Origin: Hemiscyllium ocellatum
Taxonomy: Eukaryota
Direction of reading: 5' to 3'
Length of the DNA: 64,000 nucleotides
Assembly (NCBI RefSeq): GCF_020745735.1
Contig: NC_083435.1
Location: 13,547,201-13,611,200, forward strand
Shown here one piece after another: positions 23,271 to 36,144 of this stretch; within the stretch, counting starts at the first letter, position 1, and each line of letters begins with the position of its first letter. The notes under the pieces were generated by a model. The model did no database searches, had not been told where the DNA came from, and saw only the letters and a list, made by a program, of their open reading frames with translations. The position numbers and the translations under genes were made by a program.

Positions 23271-26060
23271 CGTCAGAGGATCTGGGGAACCCAAAACAGA
23301 TACAGAAAATAAAACAGAAAGGCGAGAATGATGGAATTGAGATAAAATGACGATAAAAGAGTGAAGGACAACTTTCTGAAATGTATTCAACATATTTAAA
23401 CTCTAAAGGATTTAGTTTCAAATCATGAAAAATTATTTTCAGTGCTAGAGAAGCTCCTTCTCAGAAATTAAGGCATTTTTTCCACAATCTGAAAATCATA
23501 AGCATGTGCACAGAGAATCTCTTCTTTTCTGCATATTTTATGCTTATCTGAAGGATAAATTTCCCCGGTGTCATTTTGATCCATGTAGTTGAATGCAATT
23601 TGTATTTTGTTTCACCTTGAATGGTCTTATCAAATTGAGCCACAATTTCACTTTATTCAGAATCAATATATTAATCATTAATGTGTTAGTTTCAACTGTT
23701 AAGTTCTACCGCCAGCATGCATTGTTTCCTGATCTTGAATATTAATCGCTTGTGTAATAGCCGGCACAGAATCTCATGTCATGTCGCAAAATATTCTTCA
23801 CGGTCTCCAGTAGTCCCAAACCTTCTCAAGATATCATACGTTGGCAGCTATTCATCTGCATACAGTACTATCTGCTTAATTCTCGCACTTCCTTCCATCT
23901 CAGAGCTGGCATCTTCCACCAACCTGATTGCTTCATCACCTATTCAAACACTCAAAATATTTTTTTTTACACTCAAGTGCTCTATTTCCCCCCTCTGCAT
24001 TTCTGGCTTTTTAATTTCAACCAAATACAAATTTCAATTCTTTGAAATCTTACACTATACCTTGAGAATCCCACAAGTAATTTCTGTCTTCACACTATCC
24101 TGCACTATTCTCCCTGTCATTGGTCCACGATTTCCTAACTGCAAACAGACAAAAGATCTTGCTTTTGCTGGTTTTGATATTTATTTGTTCATTGAGTGTT
24201 GGTATCGCTAACTAGGTCAGAATGCTTTGCCCATCTGTGTTTGTTTAGAAACCAGTTAAAAGTCTCCCTTATTGGTATGCACCTGGAGTCATATGCAGAC
24301 CAGACCAGGCAGACTACCTTCCCCAAAGGACATAATTGAACCAGATTTGCTTTTAGAAATCAAAGCTGACTACCTGCCATGGTGGAAGTTGAACACATCA
24401 TCCCAAAACTTTAGCCAGGAGATTCTTGATGGCTGATCCAGGGACATCACTACTATTCTACCAGCTCCAGAAGATTGGCTGCTTTTGTTTGGCATATTTG
24501 TCTACCTTAATCTATTCTCACACATTTCTGTAGCTCCTCAGCAATGGCTCTGTGCCATCCATCATTCAGCTGCATTTTGAATGATCCCTCCTTCTACTAC
24601 TGTCTACCTTGTGCTTTGGAGATCCCTGTCACTTTTAAAGCTCTGATCAAATGGCAGAGATGATGCTTTCTTTCTAGGCAACTTTCTTTAGAGTAATGTT
24701 TTCTATGTTTTCATTTGTTTTACGACTTACATATGGAATTGTTACCAGATGTCTGAGACAACCATGTTTCAGAGGTGCCCACTTTCTTTCATAGATCTTT
24801 ACACATTGTAAAGTTTTCTGAGGCATAAGGCTAAGTGGATAAAATATAGCAAATTATGAGTTTATTTTTCTTGTTGCCAGTCTGAATTTCTTTGTTATTG
24901 TGGTACTGTAATAATGTATTTCTTCTTTAAAAAAAACACAATTATACGCAATTTGAAACATTCAGTGGGTAACAAATGCAAGGGGAGAGCATTCAATATT
25001 TCCACAAAACGTTGTCTGAAGAAGTGCTACCTGATAAGGCTGGGCTGAAACATTACCTGGTTGAGGATAGTAAAGCAGTAAAAGTTAGATATCAAAACAT
25101 ATTTTCTACTTTTATTCACTCTTAGCTGGATAGAGGACACATATAATAGTCACTGATGAATTGAATGAATAATAAGGAGAAATGTTTTATGCAGATCTAC
25201 TATTCACAAATGAATCTGTTAACGCATGAAGAAGTTGTAAAATTGCATAAGTGCATTCAAGAGGAAGCTGGATAGCACACAAGAAAGCTGATAGGGAGGA
25301 TACACAACTGATAATACTGATAAGCAAAATACTGTTAAGTCTGGTCTTCTCAAATTAAAACCGAAAATGCTAGAGAAGCCCAGCAAGTTTTGTAGCATTT
25401 GTGAAGAGTAAAAAGCAGAATTAAACTTTAAAAACCAAAGACTTTGGAACCGGAAGAAATCTACCAACATGGAGCCGTTCAGCCAAATGATCTGTTCCTG
25501 GTGTACAAGACATGGTACATGACACAAACTTCGACAAATTATTTACAATATACACTGTCATTTGACATTACCGTAACCATATTACAAATTGACTGAATGA
25601 CAACGATTTATGAGTTTCTTGTTATGATCCCATCCAAAGTTGTTACTGAATAGGTTACATCTCAAATATAAGACGTCAATGTTGTTGGGTTTATTAGCAA
25701 AATAAGTGAACAAAAAGTAAGAATCTTGTAGTTATTTATAATACAATTCAAAGATTTTAAACATGCAGCAAAAATGTAATCCAATTAATCCCAAAATGCT
25801 TTTTATGATTTGAAAAGAAACGACTATGGTTGGATGAGGCATTACCATGGTGATATCTCCCCTGACCCTCATCATTTTATTTTTTTGAGTTTAACAAGCG
25901 TGTGACAAAGTGAAAATAGAGTTGCCCAATTTTGAGCTTCAGTGAAAATGGCTCAAAGGGCCTTGGATAATTGAATAATAGAGAGAATGTGTAATCATTG
26001 CAACTTTATTAGTTTTCCCTTAATGTTTATCTCGACATTAGAAATTTCAGTAGGGGTAAC

Positions 26061-26690
26061 TTTTATGGACCGTCCAGGTCACCTCTATACATTTTAAGAA
26101 TGTAGCCTGGACCCTAACTTTGCTCGTTGTTTTCAGTAGGTGTACAGTGGATATTCCAGGAGTGATGCAGCTGGCCCAACCACTTAGTATTCAACAAACG
26201 AATTTATTTGCAAGATTACCGAATGAAACGTAAGAGAGAGCAGATTATAGCATAACTTAACCTACCTGAAAACCCAACAGATGATCCCAACTTAGTGATG
26301 CCGATCCAAATATTTGCAACAAGCCCCATAAACTCTCCTTTGCAAAAAAAGGAAAAGTCCAACACAGGCTTTCAGAGGAGAGAAGGATAATCAACATGGA
26401 CTTGCTTCTTTGGGCTCAGCAGTTTCATAACTGACTCCTTGCGAAAACCAAACCAAACCAAAACCAGAGTAAAGCTCATCTGGGAGAAATGGCCATTCCC
26501 CTTTCATTGTACGAGTGTTTTTTTTATTTTGAATATTTTTTGCCTGATGCAGTATCTGTTAGCTATAATCAATTTGGCCATAAACCTATCCAAGTCAAAC
26601 CTCTCGGCAACTTTTCATCATACAATACTTTTGAAAAAATAAGACAAGGCCAACATAACATTCCCCTGAAAAAAAAGAACCATCAATATT
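26061..26690 (-). repeat. 3' LTR of the Gypsy element (diverged; ends approximate)
   Basis: Colinear similarity to 30992-31595; the terminal TG is mutated (ttttatggac versus tgctatggac). Confidence 0.7.
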
Positions 26691-28619
26691 AAAAGATGGC
26701 TTCAGTTTAAAACCCCTTAGTCTTAAATTGTTAGTACATTACAACACCCATTTACACTATATTGGCAATAATCATGCAAACATGCACTACTACATTCTGT
26801 TTCTATCTGTTTTATTCCTGCCACTGAATACCTTCCATTCCCATTCGATTCTTGACAATACATCAGCAATCATGCTTTTTCACCCGGCCACATGCACAAT
26901 TTTCAAAATGAATGGCTGTAACAATAAGCTCCTTCTAAACAGTCTGGAAGTTTTGTTCTTAAATTTCTCCACAAACATCAAATGGATTATGATCAGTGTA
27001 TATGATTATCTCAGAGACATTATTGGTGACACAAACATTGAAACATTGTAACGCCAACACAAAGCTCAAAGCTTCCTTATCGAATATTTCTGCTGATGAA
27101 TGTTCAATTTCCTGGAGAAGTACCTGATAGGTCTTTTTATCCTCTCTTCGCCTTCCTGTAAGAGCATAACATTGACCCACATCATCAATACCCACCTTGA
27201 ATGGCTTGGGATAACTAGGTGTGGCTAACACACCTTTCAGGCTGTCAAATGCCTTATGAAAGTTCAGTATCCACTGAAACTTCTTGCCTTTCTTCAGCAA
27301 TTCGGTGAGTGGAACACTGCTGAATCTCGGTATGAATTTTCGATAAAATTCACTCATTCCCAGGAATTGTAACTCTGCTCTTTTCATCAATGGTATGGGA
27401 AACTCCCCAGTTACCTTTGTTTTTGCATTTCGTGGGGCCATTCGTCCATATCCAATAACATGGTCCAGGGAGGTGACTTTGGTTTTGGCAAATTCACTTT
27501 TACCCAGTTTTATCAGAAAACCTGCCTCCAGAAGTCAATCGAACAATTCTGATAACCGTTGCAAATGTTCCTTCCATATGCAACTAAAAATCACCAGGTC
27601 ATCAATATAATCTACCCAACTGGGTGATCCGGGCTATAGTGGTTAATCTGCGAAATGTGGCTGGTGCATTTTTCATACCAAATGACATGACTTTAAACTA
27701 ATACATTCCATTATGGAATCCGAAATTATCTTCACTCTCTCTGACAGAATACCTGCCATCATCCTCTGAGCAAGTCAGCCTTAGAAATATCACTTGCTTG
27801 CTCCATCTTTTCAACACAGTCTTCCAAAGGCAAAAACGGATGTACATCAGTCTTTGTAACAACATTGACTTTGTGATAGTCTACACATAACCTATGGATA
27901 CCATCTAGTTTTGGCACCATTACCATGGGTGAGGTCCAGTCACTGTAATTCACTTCGTTTATGTTGTCTTGAAGCATTCTTTTGAACCTGTGCCAACTTT
28001 ACAGGGTTATGCCTATAAGGATATGACTTAATTGGAACAACATATCCTATATTTCTGTTATGCATGACATGTCTGGCAAAATTAATTACATCCTTGTGCA
28101 ATTAGGCCAGTGAAAGAGACTTTATATTTTAGCTTACGTTTTCCTTAACCCTAAATGACCCCCTACTGTTAGTTCATGTGCTACTCACAACACTTCCTTT
28201 CTATAACTCACTGTCAATACGACTTGATGAACTTCTACCCATTTGTCATCTGCCTGAACATGTGATTGTCTCCATTGCCTCATTAAGACATCGTTTTAAA
28301 GACAGTAGAATTCAGGTATACATTTGGATTATTTTTTTCTGTGTATGCTTTTGATACAATCACTTTAAATTTTCATCTTTCTGCTGTCACTGACTTAATT
28401 TATCCGAGTTAAAGATGTCTACTTTGTCATCTATCCACTCCTCGTTTGTGTCAACCCCATTTGATCAAAGAGGGTCTCTGCTAATTCCACATCATCTTTT
28501 CAATTAACGTAGGCGCCACTCCTATCTGTGAATCAGCTATATCATTAGGAAGGACAAATTGTGCTCCTCGAGCTGAGGGTTTGTCTAGTACTCCTACCAG
28601 GACTTTTCCATTTTTCAGG

Positions 28620-29100
28620 GACAATATACAATAGACAATAGGTACAGGAGTAGGCCATTCTGCCCTTCGAGTCTGCACCGCCATTCAATATGATCATGGC
28701 TGATCATCCTTAATCAGTACCCTGTTCCTGCCTTATCTCCATAACCCTTGATTTCATATCCTTGAGAGCTCTATCCAACTCTTTCTTAAATGAATCCAGA
28801 GACTGGGCCTCCACTGCCCTCTGGGGAAGAGCATTCTACACAGCCACCACTCTCTGGGTGAAGAAGTTTCTCCTCATCTCTGTCCTAAATGGTCTACCCC
28901 ATATTTTTAAGCTGTGTCCTCTGGTTCTGCAGTCACCCATGAGCGGAAACATGTTTCCTGCCTCCAGAGTGTCCAATCCTTCAATAATTTATATGCCTCA
29001 ATCAGATCCCCTCTCAGTATTCTAAACTCAAGGGTATACAAGCCCAGTCGCTGCAGTCTTTCAGTGAAAGGTAGTCCCGCCACTCCAGAAATTGACCTCA
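28620..29100 (-). mobile_element. CR1 3' fragment nested in the Gypsy element
   Basis: ERLQRLGLYTLEFRILRGDLIEAYK (CR1 ORF2 C-terminus) and the CR1 3' UTR with a short tandem tail. Confidence 0.8.
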
Positions 29101-30119
29101 CTATCCTACTCTACATAATTGAGCACTTCTTGTCTTATCATGAATTCTTGTTACTAGCACCTTTTCTGGCAATAGTCCTTCAGAGACTCATATCTTCTCA
29201 TCTTTCAACATCAAAGTATGAGAGCATCTCTTAATATTAGAATCTCTTTACCTGCTGGTCATGGCTTATATAAGTAAACTTTACCTTCGCAGGTATATAG
29301 TTTAAGAATATCTGGCACTGCTTCCTTAACCAATTTCCAATTGGACTGTACATTCTGGTGCAGCTTTCTAGCCTCTGTTATGCTTTCTGCTATCACTCCA
29401 ACAAAATTCACTGGCTTACCCTACTTTTCTGCATCCAGCTTCCCAGTGCTTTTCCTAACGCACCAACATAGTGATTTCTTGTGGCCTACTTTATGTCAGT
29501 GAAAACACCCGAACTTTTCAAGTGCTTCCTTTTTACCGCGTATTAAGTTCTTCACCACGATCTATCTTTTTCTTTTTTATGTGAGGATTTCTCTTTTTCC
29601 AATTTCTATCCTTCACGGATTGAAGTTGACTTTGGAAACCAAACTTGGCTTGGTGCACCAATTTATAATCATCGGCCATTTCAGCTGCTAATCTTCCTAT
29701 TTTAGCTCCCCGCTTTTCCACATGAATTCTCATCACTTCAGGAAATGAAGTTTTGAACTCCTCCAAAATAATCGTTGCTTTAAGCGCATCATAGTTTTGC
29801 TCTATTTTTAATGCTCTTATCCACCTATCAAAATTACTTCGTTTGATCTTTTCAAACTCAATGTACACTTGATCAGGGTCCCTCCTTAGATTCCTCAAGC
29901 ATTATCTGTAGGCTTCTGGGACAAGCTCATATGCACTTAAGATGGTTTTCTATACCTCCTCATAAGCCCAGATATCTCCTCTAATATTGATGTGAATACC
30001 TCACTCGCTCCTTCTGCAGGTTTGTTTGGTCACTGGCCACTGCATTTGTTTTGCACCTTTTCAACGAAAAATGCTTCCACATCCTTCTCATCAAATGTAA
30101 GCAATATTTGAATATAGCT

Positions 30120-30321
30120 GAAAAATGTGATGCTGGAAAAGCGCAGCAGGTCAGGCAGCATCCAAGGAGCAGCATAAGCCCTTCTTCAGGATTCCTGAAG
30201 AAGGGCTTATGCCCGAAACGTCGATTCTCCTGCTCTTTGGATGCTGCCTGACCTGCTGCGCTTTTCCAGCATCACATTTTTCAGCTCTGATCTCCAGCAT
30301 CTGCAGTCCTCACTTTCTCCT
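30120..30321. mobile_element. Fold-back Penelope-derived mini-element nested in Gypsy gag, 17-bp target site duplication (TSD)
   Basis: Inverted arms centred near 30192; direct repeat aatatttgaatatagct at 30103-30119 and 30322-30338. Confidence 0.8.
30195..30222 (+). ncRNA. Minimal hammerhead-ribozyme-like motif
   Basis: CTGAAGA-A-GGGC-TTAT-GCCC-GAAACGTC. Activity is untested and there is an extra A after the core. Confidence 0.5.
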
Positions 30322-30970
30322 AATATTTGAATATAGCTAAACAGATTCTCACCAGGATTTTGCTTAACATGGGTTTGCTCATCCTCACTTTCGCCCCCAC
30401 TAAGCTGACCTTCAGCCTTCATCTCCATCCTTTTAAGCTGAGTTTCCTGACTAAGCGCCAATTAAAATGACTTTCCTGTCTACGTGTCAATTTCTGAAAT
30501 TCAAGCTCCCTCTCTTTCTTCCTTTCTCCGCTCCACTTTTCTCTCGCCTCTGTTTCTGTCTCTCTCTTCTCTCTCTCTCTTCCCTCTGCTTTTAATCACA
30601 ATTCAAACTTTTGTATTTCTGTTGCCTCTAAATCAAGTTGCCTCAATTTCAATTTCAGCCATCTTTAAAAATTCTTTTCAGCAAATCTAAATGTGCAGCT
30701 ATTGCTGCAATATATCTCCTTTACTCACGGAGGCAGCTCCAAATCCAGATTGACTAATAATTCAAGCACCTTGGCTTTATTAACTTTTTCCAAGACCCCA
30801 AAGTCACTTCTTACACCCCAAGAAAACTCTTGGTAACTGAAAGAACCATTACTATCCCAAGCACTGTTTAAACTAACAGAATTCAACACTCCGAGGAAAA
30901 GATACTAACATCTACTACTCGGTGCCTTCGAGTCGAACAACTGCAATCCCAATTTGGAACTATAGAACAA

Positions 30971-30988
30971 ATCCACAAAGAGCCCCCA
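30971..30988 (-). promoter_or_regulatory. Primer-binding site, tRNA-Pro type (degenerate)
   Basis: TGGGGGCTCTTTGTGGAT starts 3 nt inside the 5' LTR and matches 14 of 18 positions of the recalled PBS-Pro TGGGGGCTCGTCCGGGAT. Confidence 0.75.
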
Positions 30989-30991
30989 ATC

Positions 30992-31595
30992 TGCTATGGA
31001 CCGGGCCAGGTCCCCTCAAAACATTTCAAGAAAGTAGCCCGGGCCCTAACATTGCCAGTTGTTTTAAACTGGTGTAGAGTGCATATTCCAGGAGTGATAA
31101 TCACTTAGTCTTAAACAAAACAGAATTTATTTGCAAGAATACCGAATGAAATGCAAACAAAAGAGAGTAGAATATAGAATAACTTAATCTATTTGAAAAC
31201 CCAACAGATTATCCAAACTTAATGATGCTGTTGCAAATACTTGCCACAATCCCCACAAACCGCTTTTCCAAGAAAGGAAAAACAGACTCTTAAAGGAAAG
31301 ATATCCGAGACAGGGAGGATCAGCAAAACCTGCTTTGTTGGGTCCAGCAGCTTCACAACTGACTGCTTGCTAAAACCAAAACAAACCAGAGAAAAGCTGA
31401 GCTGAGGGAACTGGCCACTCCCTTTTCATTGTATGAGTTTTATTTTAAACTTGAAAGCCTTTTCCACAGGCAGTTTCTGTTAGCCATAGTCAAACTGGCT
31501 CCAAAAACCATCCAAACCAGACCACTCGGTAAATCTGGCACTTTTGAAAATGACCAAGGACAGCATAACTTTGTTAAAGGTGCAGCAGCATCACA
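30992..31595 (-). repeat. 5' LTR of the Gypsy element
   Basis: TG...CA termini; shares blocks with 26061-26690 (atattccaggagtgat, gaatttatttgcaaga, accgaatgaaa, gaaaacccaacaga, actggccactcccttttcattgta). Confidence 0.8.
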
Positions 31596-31799
31596 GTAAC
31601 AAAGGAGTTTAAAACATCTTTGCAGAGGTCAAGACTTTATTTAGAACAAGCAGAGGAAAGGCAACGATGTCACTTGGTATTATGGATGTGAGGTAAGACA
31701 TTCTCTCTTCCTCTCTCTGCAAATCTTCGCAGTAGCAGACCAGTAAAAAGGCTAGTTGTGTGAAAGTTTGATATCTTCGTTTACAAATATGATGTCATA

Positions 31800-32168
31800 A
31801 ATTGGCAATGGCAAACTCCTTTCTGACGTTGATGCCTTCCTACTTTCCAGACTATGCAGCTGGTGGAAGACAAATCTCCACTTGCCACATTTGTACAGAA
31901 TCATGCATGCTTCATAATCTAAGTTTAACAGAAAATGATTCAGATTAGAACTTCCACAGCTCCAAGTCTGTATTAAGTATCAAGGGAAATTTCGCCAAAT
32001 TTCCATCCAAATGCCTGTGAAAATTCCAGAGGAATAGAGCATGGGGCTGGTCTTGGGAACTGACCAAGCAAGTGAATGATTCATCCCCCTTCACAAGGTA
32101 TGGCACAAACTTTCGCGGTAAAATAAACATAAAGCAACATAAAATGAAATGGTAAAATAAGTTGAGAT
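31800..32168 (-). pseudogene. Gene C decayed Ig V exon, NKp30-like
   Basis: GDESFTCLVSSQDQPHALFLW versus gene A GETAHFLCTYNASHDQMIGAFSW; tcc caa gac cag versus tct cac gat caa differ only at third positions. HDSVQMWQV versus DDSGTYYCQV. There are in-frame stops, the second Cys reads TGG, and the apparent acceptor reads ttttactg instead of ttacag. Confidence 0.5.
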
Positions 32169-32281
32169 CAGTAAAAGTAAATTATCCGACTATGATAGAC
32201 AGATAAGTGAATTACACGGAAGATAATTTGACACCCTACGTGACATCTAAGTTTACAGTAGAAAAAAAATTAACAGCTTAC

Positions 32282-32342
32282 GGATATAGTAACATCATTG
32301 ACATCAGTAACTCGGTAGGATGCATCATCGTGTCACAGTGAT
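32282..32342 (-). pseudogene. Gene C leader exon, paralog of the gene A leader
   Basis: AG-atcactgtgacacgATG versus gene A AG-atcgctgagaagcaATG (same 14-nt spacing). Peptide MHPTELLMSMMLLY versus MNTIDLLWTSTLLL. Donor and intron start gtaagctgttaattttttttctactgta versus gtaagctgtttacttttttttcttcatgta. The donor is phase 2, not phase 1. Confidence 0.65.
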
Positions 32343-34099
32343 CTGGGGTAAATGCATTCAAAATGGTTTAAAGTTTTCTTTATACCTAGAATACCTGGAA
32401 AAAGACTTATTTCCTTATGCAAACAGTTTGGACAAGTGAAGCTTTATACATAGTGGAGTTGCAAAGGTTAAGAGGTGACTTGCATGAAACTTAGCATCTT
32501 GAAAGATCTTGTCAAGATGTATCTGTGAGAATCTAGAAGTAGGGACAACTGTTTAAACTAAGGAATCATCCATTAAAGAGAGAGATATTGTTTGCTTTTC
32601 TCGTTTATGGGTGTTGATATGATTGCAACGAAGCTGCATCAGAACATTATTTCAACGAGCCAACTACAAACCTTCTCAAAACCCCCTAAGATTACATGAT
32701 TGTGTGGGCTAGGTGAGTAGTTCTTAGAAATGTGTAGATCAACAGACAATTAGAGGGCAAAGTTGAGTACATGGATTAAATAAGTGGGCAACTTGCAACA
32801 TGGGTAAATTATATAGGTTGGTGATTTGCAGTGTGCGCGAAATGGGTAGTTTAAGTGTATGGAGGGAAGTTAGTGGTTGGGTTAGACTACGTGGGGTAGG
32901 TTGGTAAGTAGGTGGTTAGTCATATAGGAAAGGTGACTGGATTGGGAAATTGGGGATTTGGTAAGTGGGTAGATATATGTGATGCATCGATGAATTAAAG
33001 TTCATCATGGGTAGGTCAGATTAATATGTGGTGAATTTGATTGTTGGGTGAGGCGAGGAAATGGGCAAGTTGGGAAGGAAGATGCATGTACAGAATTAAT
33101 AAAGATAGATTATAACGTTCTTGAGCAGATTGATATAAAAATTGAAGAGGAATTTAAGGTTTTGGCAGATTAAAAGGTGGTCAAATTTCCAAGTCCAGAT
33201 GAATTGGAACCTAGGCATCTGTGGGAGTAGAGGGAGGAAATTACAAGAACCTTTATTCAGACTTTCAAATAGTCTCTTGCAATAGAGAAAGTGCCAGATG
33301 ACTGAAGAAAGCTAATGTGATTCTATTTTACAAGAGAACTAGCAAAGATAGCCCAGTGAACTATAAACCAGTGAGTCTAGAATCAGTAGTGTAGAAAAAT
33401 TGGAAAGAGTAGTGAATAAGAAAATTGATCTCTATTTGGAGAAGTGAGGTTTAATCAGGCACAGTCAAGATGGTTTTCTCAGAGGGAGATCATACCTGAA
33501 AAATCTAGTGAGGATGGAATTTAGCCCTGATAATGTGAAGTGGTACACTGTGGAAGAAGAAATTAACAAGGGAGCATTCAATTAATGGCTAGACACTGAT
33601 TAAGATTTAGATTTATTTAATATTGTCACTTGTATCTAGGTACAGTGAGAAGTAGATAATGTCATCACGTTCTGGCACCATTTTGGATTATAGAATTATA
33701 TAAATGGTACAGCACTCAATAAATTGATATTACTAGAACTGAAACAGCTTCAAAAGATCATTTGTCCCTCTGAAGACTTCCACCTTCTCTGTTCCTTTAT
33801 TTGTCACCATCTAATATTGTCCCCATTGTCTTGGTAATATGCTCATTTTCTGCTATGACGAACGCCATTGCTACCCTCTCAACTGTCTCCGAGCTAGGGA
33901 CGGTCACGTTGTATGGACCTCACATCAACTCCTGTGTTGAATATTGACTGAGGGATCCTGGCTTGACTTCCAATGCCACCAGACAAGATGAAGCGGCAAT
34001 GGACGTACACAGAACTTCATTGTCCCACAGAAAAGTACCATGAGAATGCCCAATGGCAATCAAAGCAAAAAAAAGTTTCCACGCTTGTGCACACGTCCC

Positions 34100-35360
34100 T
34101 AATATAGACGGATTGGTTAATAGTGGTATAAAAAAGACATATGGAATACTTAATTTTATGAATTGTGTCATATATTAGAAAAGCATGAAGGTCAAGTTGG
34201 AGATTTACAGAACTTTGGTTAGACCAAAGCTGGAGTATTTGGGAGCAACTCTGGTCACCACGCTGCAGGAAGGAAGTAATGAACTGGAAGGAATAGACCT
34301 TTGAAGAGAGGCCGGACAAGCTTAATAATTTTATTTGGAGCAGAGAAACTTGTGCGGTCTGGTGGCCAACAGCAGAAATGGCCACGGGACTGGTTACGAG
34401 CTACAATCAAGCATGATGGAAACTTTAATACAGTTAGTTTAAGTCCTGATGTTGTGAACTGTCCTGCAAACTGTGACCTGCAGTTTCCTGTGTTCACCAA
34501 ATAAGGGATGTGTCATAATGGTCTGCTAAACTTACTGCCGCCACTTTTACCTTATAAGGAGCATGGTATTCAACTGCTTACGTCTTGGTATGAGCAGCTG
34601 GGAGTTTTTTTTTACCAGTAAACTCCTTTGGCTGTGATTGGACATTGTGATCAGGTGTGAGTGAATTCATTGTCTGAGTGCCAAAGAGGTTTCTGGGATA
34701 AAGTTAACAGTCGAAGGGTTTTTTTTCTGGGGAGAACACTCGAGACTCACATTCACGATGAATGGACCCTGAAGTTAAGATCTGCACTGAGCTGTAAAGT
34801 TAGCCATTTCACTCGAATCAGAGTGGTACATGTTTCAAGCCAAACTTATAGAGTTAAAGTTAGTGTTACGGTTAAATGTGAATTAAGTTAAAGAAAAGTA
34901 TACTGAAGTCAAACGAAGTGAATTAAAGTTAACATTAAGTTTGATGAAGTAGAAAGTAAATGTTACAAAAAAATGTGCTTTATATTGATACCCAAATAGA
35001 TAAGGAAAGAAGATATTAGTCTGTCACACAAACGAAGAACACATGGGTGAAGGATGAAGTCATTTTTCGAGTAACAGTTGAGCTCTGTAAGATTATGAGG
35101 GGCATGGACAGGGTAAATACAATAAAGCAGTTTGCCTTGGCCTAATAACAAAGGACATAATTTTAAAGTGAAACACAAGAAGTTTAATGATAGCTCAATA
35201 AAATCTTTTTCATCGAGAGCATGGTGGGGGTCTGGAATGTACTGTCTGGGAGTTGATTTGAGGCAGAAAAGTGGGAATACTGTAGATAATAGTATATATT
35301 TGGTGATGCAGATTCAATGCACTGATGGACCTCTGCTGTACTATATGGTTCCATAAGTCA
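34100..35360 (+). mobile_element. Patchwork of old CR1 3' fragments
   Basis: LYRTLVRP.LEY...W segments and aagattatgaggggcatggacagggta. Confidence 0.55.
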
Positions 35361-36115
35361 GACCAAAGTTTCAGCTAGTCAAAAGAAAAAACACACAAAA
35401 ATCATTCTGGTAATTGCATCAAAATTGTCAGTATCTCTTCTTCCAACTCAAAGGCGTGTAGGATGAATACGGAGTTATTCTCAGTAATGGCAAACACGAA
35501 ATTATTGTTAATTGTTGCTAAAAGCAATTTGGTTTACTAACGTCCTTTAAGGAATCAAATTCGTCACCCTTATCTGATGTTGCCTATATGAGATTCCAAT
35601 CTGTAACAATGCAGTTAATTATTACCTATGCTGTGAAGTGGTTGAACATGTGATTCTGACGAAGATCAATTACAAAAATGCAATGCTATTTCTTTTCTTA
35701 AGATTCCCACATTCCAAAAAAAAATTTAAAAAAGGAAGGGCGAATATTAGATGTCCGGCAGGAATAGAATAATTAAATCTCAAGGTTGAAAGGTTGGACA
35801 ATTTACAAGTGAGGAAATATTTTTGTCTTGACATCGTAGTTAGGCATTTGTACGTGCACAAGTGGGATCAAAATGAAACCAAGGCTGTGAATATATAGGT
35901 CAGCCCTTAAGCCGTTGCATATGGTTTCCAAAGGGGCTACAGTGTTTTGAACATCAAAAAAAGCAGTTTTTCTGCTTAGAAAAAGTTAGGTATAATGGTA
36001 AAGTTCACCTGGATGCCATCATCATTCATCTGAAAAATAGTTCTGTGTTTTTGAACGAGGGATCCAAGAGAAATCATGTAGGGAACCAATGAAAAATGTC
36101 AAAGGATATGTGTCG

Positions 36116-36144
36116 GAGTGTGTGTGTGTGTGTGTGTGTGTGTG
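36116..36144 (+). repeat. (GT)n microsatellite
   Basis: Direct observation. Confidence 0.9.

Larger units (their letters stand above)
26061..31595 (-). mobile_element. Decayed Gypsy LTR retrotransposon, Gmr1-like (gag-IN-RT-RNaseH), internally deleted
   Basis: Two diverged LTRs (about 26061-26690 and 30992-31595); SCAN-type gag (29533-29898); integrase HHCC relic (about 28050-28210, VAHELTVGGHLGLRKT...FHWP...CQTCH); RT (27759-27977, WTSPMVMVPKLDG...RLCVDY); RT/RNase H (26959-27441, FLGMSEFYRKFIP). Many stops and frameshifts. Confidence 0.88.

Noticed and set aside
23717-24211. 164-aa plus-strand ORF
   Set aside because: Ser/Ile/Phe-biased composition, no motifs and no splice context; treated as a chance ORF.
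25195-25430. Stop-interrupted helical stretch (LLTHEEVVKL...RKLIGRI) reminiscent of a CARD or death fold
   Set aside because: Too few diagnostic residues, several stops and no linked NACHT or other exons.
35938-35966. RSS-like TACAGTG, 12-nt spacer, A-rich nonamer
   Set aside because: The heptamer lacks the essential first C, the nonamer is poor, and there is no adjacent V or J segment.
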